Below, piece by piece: positions 56,930-64,000 of a stretch of 64,000 bases of DNA. The position numbers and the translations under genes were made by a program. The notes under the pieces are model-generated. The model saw only the letters and a program-made list of their open reading frames with translations, was not told the DNA's origin and did no database searches. Position 1 is the first letter of the stretch; every line of letters begins with the position of its first letter. Source of the stretch: the human T2T-CHM13v2.0 reference genome, Homo sapiens; NCBI RefSeq assembly GCF_009914755.1, contig NC_060943.1. One strand, given 5' to 3'.

Positions 56930-57610
56930 ACTGTGAACCCCACGAACCAAAGCTCTTCCCATTCATGAACCCGCACCCCGAGTCAGGATTCTCCCCTGAC
57001 GACCTTCCCGTGGCCCCTGAACAATCTGGGAAAGACCTGTGGGTGCAGAGCTGCCCGGAGAGGGTTCCACGCCAGGGCACAGTCACTGCGCAGGGAAAAG
57101 ACAGGACACCCCGGGGACCCGCTGTCAACGCAGCCGCCATGTTATGGCTGGGGCGGAGCTGGGCAATGAGAACTTGGAGCGCAGATTGTGGAGCTGACTG
57201 CCGGGAGGCCTGAGTTCTGCCACTGCCACAGCCACAGCCACTTCCTCCCCAGTTCCAACCAGCCCCTCTCCCTCTCTCGGGATGTCGAACTGGCACTCTC
57301 ACCATTTCTAGGCTTCCAGGGGGTCCCGGCGTCCTAGCTGTGACCCTCCTAATACCTGCAGGTCACAGGGCCACAGAGGCTGGGCCTCTAGGAGCTGACG
57401 GCACAGAGCAGTGAAGACGATAGCTGGATCTCTGGCGTCAGCGAGAGACAATGGGCCCGCCAAAGCCGGAAGCCGGAAACCGTCCTGTTCGCTACAGCTG
57501 CGTGGCTGATTGGACGGTTTCCAGCCCAGCGTCCCTGATTGGATAATGCTTGAGGCCCCGCCCCCTCAGGTCCTGAGTTACAGAAGACGTGATCCGATGC
57601 TGGACTGAGT
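56930..57610 (-). promoter_or_regulatory. ZNF506 CpG-island promoter and 5' UTR
   Basis: CpG-rich. Two CCAAT boxes (57508-57513, 57537-57542), a GC box (57556-57565), tandem ETS CCGGAA motifs (57466-57479) and a YY1-like GCCGCCATGTT (57133-57143). Confidence 0.85.
57303..57305 (-). CDS. ZNF506: ZNF506 coding exon 1 (initiator ATG only)
   Basis: Minus strand reads GGACCCCCTGGAAGCCTAGAAATG|GTGAGA, the typical exon-1 end of ZNF91-clade KRAB-ZNF genes. The GT donor is at 57302 and the site lies in a CpG island. Confidence 0.9.
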
Positions 57611-57681
57611 GAAGAAAGAGAGACAGTCTAAGCTGCAGCCTTTTCTTTTTTTAAAAAAATTTTATTTATTTATTTTTTTGA

Positions 57682-58047
<366 letters not shown>

Positions 58048-58369
58048 TGACTCTCTCTCTTTTTGAATATATTCAAAAGGTGAACGGAAGTATTCTGCTG
58101 TCATATTAATAATACGTAAAATTTTTGTTCAAGAGAAAATCAACTTTTACTTTGGTAATAGTGTATTATCAATTAAAGCTAATTTTAATAAAACCTTAGA
58201 AATAAATTTGTCATTTTGAACACTCCAGATTTACATATATATTTTGTAATCTCTTGTAAGTTTTTTAACTTTTTATATTTTATTTTTATCCACATTCTTT
58301 TTATTTTTCCATTTGAAACAACCTTTAAGTAATTTCAAACTGCTATAGGGGGTAGAAAGAAATCATTTA

Positions 58370-58504
<135 letters not shown>

Positions 58505-58593
58505 TTAGCAGGGTGTGCTGGTGCACACATATAGTCCCCGCTACTCTGGAGGCTGAGGCAGGAGAATCACTTGAACCCAGGAAGTGGAGGTTG

Positions 58594-58661
58594 TGTAACG
58601 GCCCAAGGGGTTCACCTTGCCCTTTGCCTAGACAGAGCCAATTCATCAAGACAGGGGAATT
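58594..58661. mobile_element. Terminal fragment of a MER50-like LTR
   Basis: TGTAACGGCCCAAGGGGTTCACCTTGCCC...GACAGGGGAATT. It interrupts an Alu and is itself interrupted by the next LTR. Confidence 0.6.
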
Positions 58662-59752
58662 TGTGGAGGAAAACTTAAATATTAAATTTGAACTTATTGA
58701 ACGTGGACACAAACAATGGTCACCAAGTCTTGGAACAGGTTATGTGAACCCCTTGAGGTGTTCATCCTGCGCTGTTTTGGAGAAATCTCTATTTCAATCT
58801 ATTCCAATACATTGGTTATTGAAAAACAATAGACAATCACACACACACAAAAAAAGTTGACCTTTTTGTGTTCTTTGAGCCCAATCGCGAAGGGCCCTCA
58901 TGACTGGGCCTCATGCCAAAGAACTCATTACAAAAAGAGCTAGGGTCCCAGATCACGCGGAACCTTCATGAGACCTCTCCTTGTCTGTGCAGAGATGGGT
59001 GGCTGACTCTGGAGCCCAGGCTGTTGCTTTCCAGTCTGGTGGTGAATCCTCCTAGTCTGATGAGTGCGGTATCCGACTCTGGAGCCCAGCCTGTTGCTTC
59101 CTGGTCTGGTGGTGAATCCTCCATAGTCTGGTGTGGAGGAAAAGTTAAATATTAAATTTGAACTCAATTGAACATGGCTACAAACAATGGTCACCAAGTC
59201 CTGGAACAAGTTGTGTGAGCTGCTTGAGGCATTCATCCAGCGCTGTATTGGAGAAATCTCTATTTCAATCTATTCCTATACATTAGTTGTTGAAAAACAA
59301 TAGACAATCGCAAAAGCCAGTTGACTTTTGTGTTCCTTGGGTCCAGTCACGAATGGCCCTCATGAATGGGCCTTATGCCAAATAATTCGTTACAAAAGAG
59401 CTAGGGTCCCAGACCGTGCCAAAGCTCCATGAGAGACCTCTCCTCCTCTGTGCATGGGCGAGTGTCCAACTCTGGAGCCCAGGCTGTTGCTTCCCACTCT
59501 GGTGGTAAATCCTCCATAGTCTGGTGAGTGTAAATATATATATGTCTCTTTTCTCCTCTCCTTTTCCTATTGCAATTTGCTTATTATATGAATCTTCTTC
59601 TTATATCAATCTGCTTATTGTATTTATTTGCTTATTATATCATTTGCTTATTATATCTGCATTGCCATTTACGTGGGATAAAGCTTGTTTACCCTTAAAG
59701 GTATTGTGTGTGTGTCTTTTCTTCTCACCTTGAGCCTTTCCCTCACAGAACA
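58662..59752 (+). mobile_element. Tandem class III ERV LTRs (probably LTR66): partial 58662-59131 plus complete 59132-59752
   Basis: Both copies begin TGTGGAGGAAAA.TTAAATATTAAATTTGAACT and align over ~400 nt. The second ends ACAGAACA and is followed by a PBS. The family name is from recall. Confidence 0.75.
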
Positions 59753-61580
59753 TTTTTGGCATTACAAACAGGATTTGAAACCAAAAGTGTGCCTCTTTTT
59801 GGCCACAAGGACAGGGCTGGAGGCTCGGGGACTTCCCATACCCTGGGATGGGAACTCCCCCAGTTCTCCCCCTTGGTGATTGAATGGTCCAGGGGAACTG
59901 GACTTTGTGAGAATTGAGAATCTAAATTAGTGCAATTTAAACCTTTGTGCATGAAGTGCTGCAGGAGATTCCAGTCAGCAAAAAAGATGCTGAGGGATCT
60001 CCCAGAGTGGATGGTGTTTCCTTACTGCTTATAAGTTTATGTGTCAAGATACGGGCTGGTTGCAAGAAGAGAAATGTAAGTTGGAAAACGAATATGCTAA
60101 TCTGACTTCCAGACTGGCCCTGGCCCAATGCCAGGCCTATGTCTTGATTGATCAGGCTCAAAGCTATCAGCCTATTGCTGAAAAAAGCAGCTGTCCAAGT
60201 GGCCCGGTCAGGGTGAAACTGAAGAACTAGTCAGTTGGGGCTTGGAACAGGTAAAAACCCAGCTCCTATCTCAGAAATGGGAAATTAACCTAGTAAAATT
60301 CAAGGACCCGCACAAACTGTAAAATTCCATGGCGTTCTATGGAATGCAGAGATGTAGTCCATCTTACCAAAGACTAAGGCTAAAATACTAGAATTTACAA
60401 CCCCTACCACTAAAAAGGAGGCCCAGAAATTTATTGGCTTTGTTTGGATTCTGGAGACATCATATTCCCCACTTGGGTAACATTTTACAACCTCTGCATG
60501 CAGACTTTCACTGGGGAGAGACAGAGAGCATGGCTTCTTAACAAGCTAAACAAGCAGTGCAACTGGCCCTGGATCTATGGCCCATACGGGATGGGCCAGC
60601 AGAACTCCAAGTGACTGTCCTAGATCAACATGCTAATTGAAGCGGTAGGCAGAAACAAGATGGGAAGAGGGTACCTTTCAGGTTTTGGACCCAGAAACTG
60701 CCAGAGGCCAGAAAAGCTTATACCCCTTTCAAGAAGCAATTGTTAGCTTGCTATTGGGCTTTGCTGGAAACGGAACACCTCTGTTTCAACCATGAGGTCT
60801 TTATGAGGCCTGAAATTTCTATTATGACTTGGGTCATGAGTTCCCTCAAAGCTCACCAGATAGAGCACTCTCAAGAAAGTAGCATCATAAAATGGAAATA
60901 GTACATACAAGTCCATTTAAGCCAAAACCAAACGGGGTATCACTTTTACATGAGGACGTACAAAACTTCCCAGCTCAGGAAATCACCAAGCAAGCCTTGC
61001 TGTTAGGGAAGGAAACCTCCCCTGCCCAATGGGGCAAATCCTTTAAAGAACTAAGCCCAGAGGATCAGAAATATGCTTGGTTTACTGATGGATCCACCAA
61101 ATACATTGGTGGGACCCGATGCTTGAAGGCCGTGGCTTATAATCCTGTTAAAAACATAAGTATTTATGATGAAGGAAGGGGTGGGAGCAGCCAGTTAGCT
61201 GAACTAGTAGCCATCCTCTGAGCTATTCAAGAGGAGGCCAGAGGGATTTGTCACTTGTATACCAACTCTTGGTCTGTAGCAAATGATCTTACTACCTGGA
61301 TACCCCAATGGTAACAAAACAAATGGTTAATTGGGAATAAAGAGGTTTGGGGAAAACAATACTGGGGAGATATCTGAATCCTTTCGCACACTACCATTAT
61401 CACCGTTTTCCACGTTGATGCCCGTGCATCTCTGCTTTCTCTTGACAGACTATTTAATCAGCAAGTTATCAATAACGCCAAAATTTCCACCATAACTGCA
61501 AACTTGAATGGATTACGTGTCCAAGCCTTTCAATGACAGGCATTGTAATGTATGGTGGTATAATTGATAGTGATTATTGG
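59753..61580 (+). mobile_element. Class III (HERV-S/ERV-L-like) internal region: PBS-Ser, short gag remnant, RT 3' part/RNase H
   Basis: The PBS TGGCATTACAAACAGGAT (59757-59774) resembles the complement of tRNA-Ser(CGA). ORF 60892..61221 has the RNase H motifs AWFTDGS and SSQLAELVAI. Many stops. Confidence 0.8.
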
Positions 61581-61599
61581 CCTAAATGCTACTAATTTA

Positions 61600-62714
<1,115 letters not shown>

Positions 62715-64000
62715 CACTCGCCATGTCCATGGAGAGAGGCTGAGGCGGCCGAGCTCCGGCTGGAGGTACCGGAGCGCCAGGACAGCAAAGATGTCGGCTG
62801 CCTTAGTCCGGGCAAATGTCTGGGCTGTGAGCAAGAGGAAACTTCAGCCCACCTGGGCCGCCCTCACCCTGACACCTTCAGCAGTAAACAAGATAAAACA
62901 ACTTCTTAAAGATAAGCCTGAGCATGTAGGTGTAAAAGTTGGTGTGCGAGCCAGGAGGCTGTAATGGCCTTTCTTATATTCTAGAATATACAAAGACAAA
63001 AGGAGATTCTGGTGAAGTTATTCAAGATGGAGTCAGAGTATTCATTGAAAAGAAAGCAAAGCTAACACTTTTAGGAACAGAGATGGACTATGTTGAAGAA
63101 AAATTATCCAGTGAGTTTGTGTTCAATAACCCAAACATCAAAGGAACTTGTGGCTGTGGAGAAAGCTTTAATATTTGAAATCTCAGGACTCTTCTGGCCG
63201 TAGGTTCCAGGAAAGCTGGTGGAAGCCTTGGGGCTCACTGCAGAAATCATGTGACTGTCACGTGTTTAATATGCTGCTGCCTTGTAAGGAAAATAAAGTG
63301 ATGCATTTTGAAAATGAAGCCAGTGTGTTAGATTCCAGAAGAAATGATATTTGTATTCCCTGTAGGGGACAGAAAATGAGAAGCCATCACTCTCTTTGGA
63401 TCATTTAGGTCTCTTACATCCTTTGTTTTAGAAACAGTTTCATTAAAGTTGCCTTCCTGGGCACCTGTTTATCCATTTCCTGGACCGTGTGCACTCCTTA
63501 GCTCTCTACTGAATGGCTTGAACATGCATCCCCCTCAGCATTTCTCCCAACCAGATCGGCAACTCCTAAAATCTGAGATAGGACGTCCTGACTGCTGGTA
63601 GTAACATGGTGGTGCATTGTTTTTTCCAACCAAACTTAACATAGCCTTTTAGTACATTTGTATGAAAATTTTTATTTTCAGATGCCTCATTGCGTACCCT
63701 TTAATAGTACCGGGCAAAGATTTTCTTCAACTATAGTACAGATTAGTTCTGAGTGATGGTATCAAAAGGTGAGAAAGATGTCATCCACCTGTTTTTTAAT
63801 CCATTTCTTTTGCCACCCTATATGTCTGCTCAGAGATGGGATCTCAAGGTGACTTTGATTCTTTTAGTTGTGGGGTCTCTTAAAGCCATCTAGCCCACCT
63901 CCCTCAATTCCCTATGTGAGGAAGCAAATCCCCAGGGAAGCCAAAGTGCTCCTGTCCACCCCCACTCCACAGGCCAAGGGAGAATGGGGACTCTACCCCC
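62715..64000 (+). pseudogene. Processed pseudogene of ISCA1 (CDS remnant 62791-63178 plus UTRs)
   Basis: ATG at 62791 gives MSAALVRANVWAVSKRKLQPT..LTLTPSAVNKIKQLLKDKPEHVGVKVGVR, then a +1 frameshift at ~62956. The other frame gives GCNGLSY...NPNIKGTCGCGESFNI*, with one codon lost in GDS-DEE-V. It is intronless and inserted in an L1; the 3' UTR-like sequence appears to run to the window end. Confidence 0.93.

Noticed and set aside
62939-63178. 79-aa ISCA1 C-terminal ORF as a functional Fe-S scaffold
   Set aside because: It lies downstream of a frameshift, has a non-ATG start and lacks the targeting peptide.

Overview
Human (primate) genomic DNA from a KRAB zinc-finger cluster, very dense in repeats (about 55 Alus plus L1, SVA and several LTR/ERV elements). 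The only intact protein-coding gene is ZNF506 on the minus strand. Its four coding exons are ATG at 57303-57305, KRAB-A at 42642-42768, KRAB-b at 41731-41826 and the zinc-finger exon at 30254-31362. They sum to 1335 nt = 444 aa with 8 intact C2H2 fingers. The window also holds a second CpG-island promoter at ~12 kb built from tandem ZNF143/THAP11-type motifs (from recall of the locus, probably the LINC00663/ZNF56 head-to-head promoter), processed pseudogenes of RPL10A (3' fragment) and ISCA1, a full SVA, a half-deleted LTR2/Harlequin (HERV-E-like) provirus, a solo LTR22, THE1B and MLT1 LTRs, and a class III ERV with a tandem LTR upstream of ZNF506. Nearly all other ORF-track entries are Alu/L1/SVA/ERV read-through. 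I see no convincing new multi-gene biological system. The most interesting observations are small evolutionary events: a TSD-flanked ~150-nt insert that appears to supply the ZNF506 poly(A) signal, a frameshift that removed distal zinc fingers, the tandem-motif promoter, an inverted KZNF intron relic, and several unusual retrotransposition scars.
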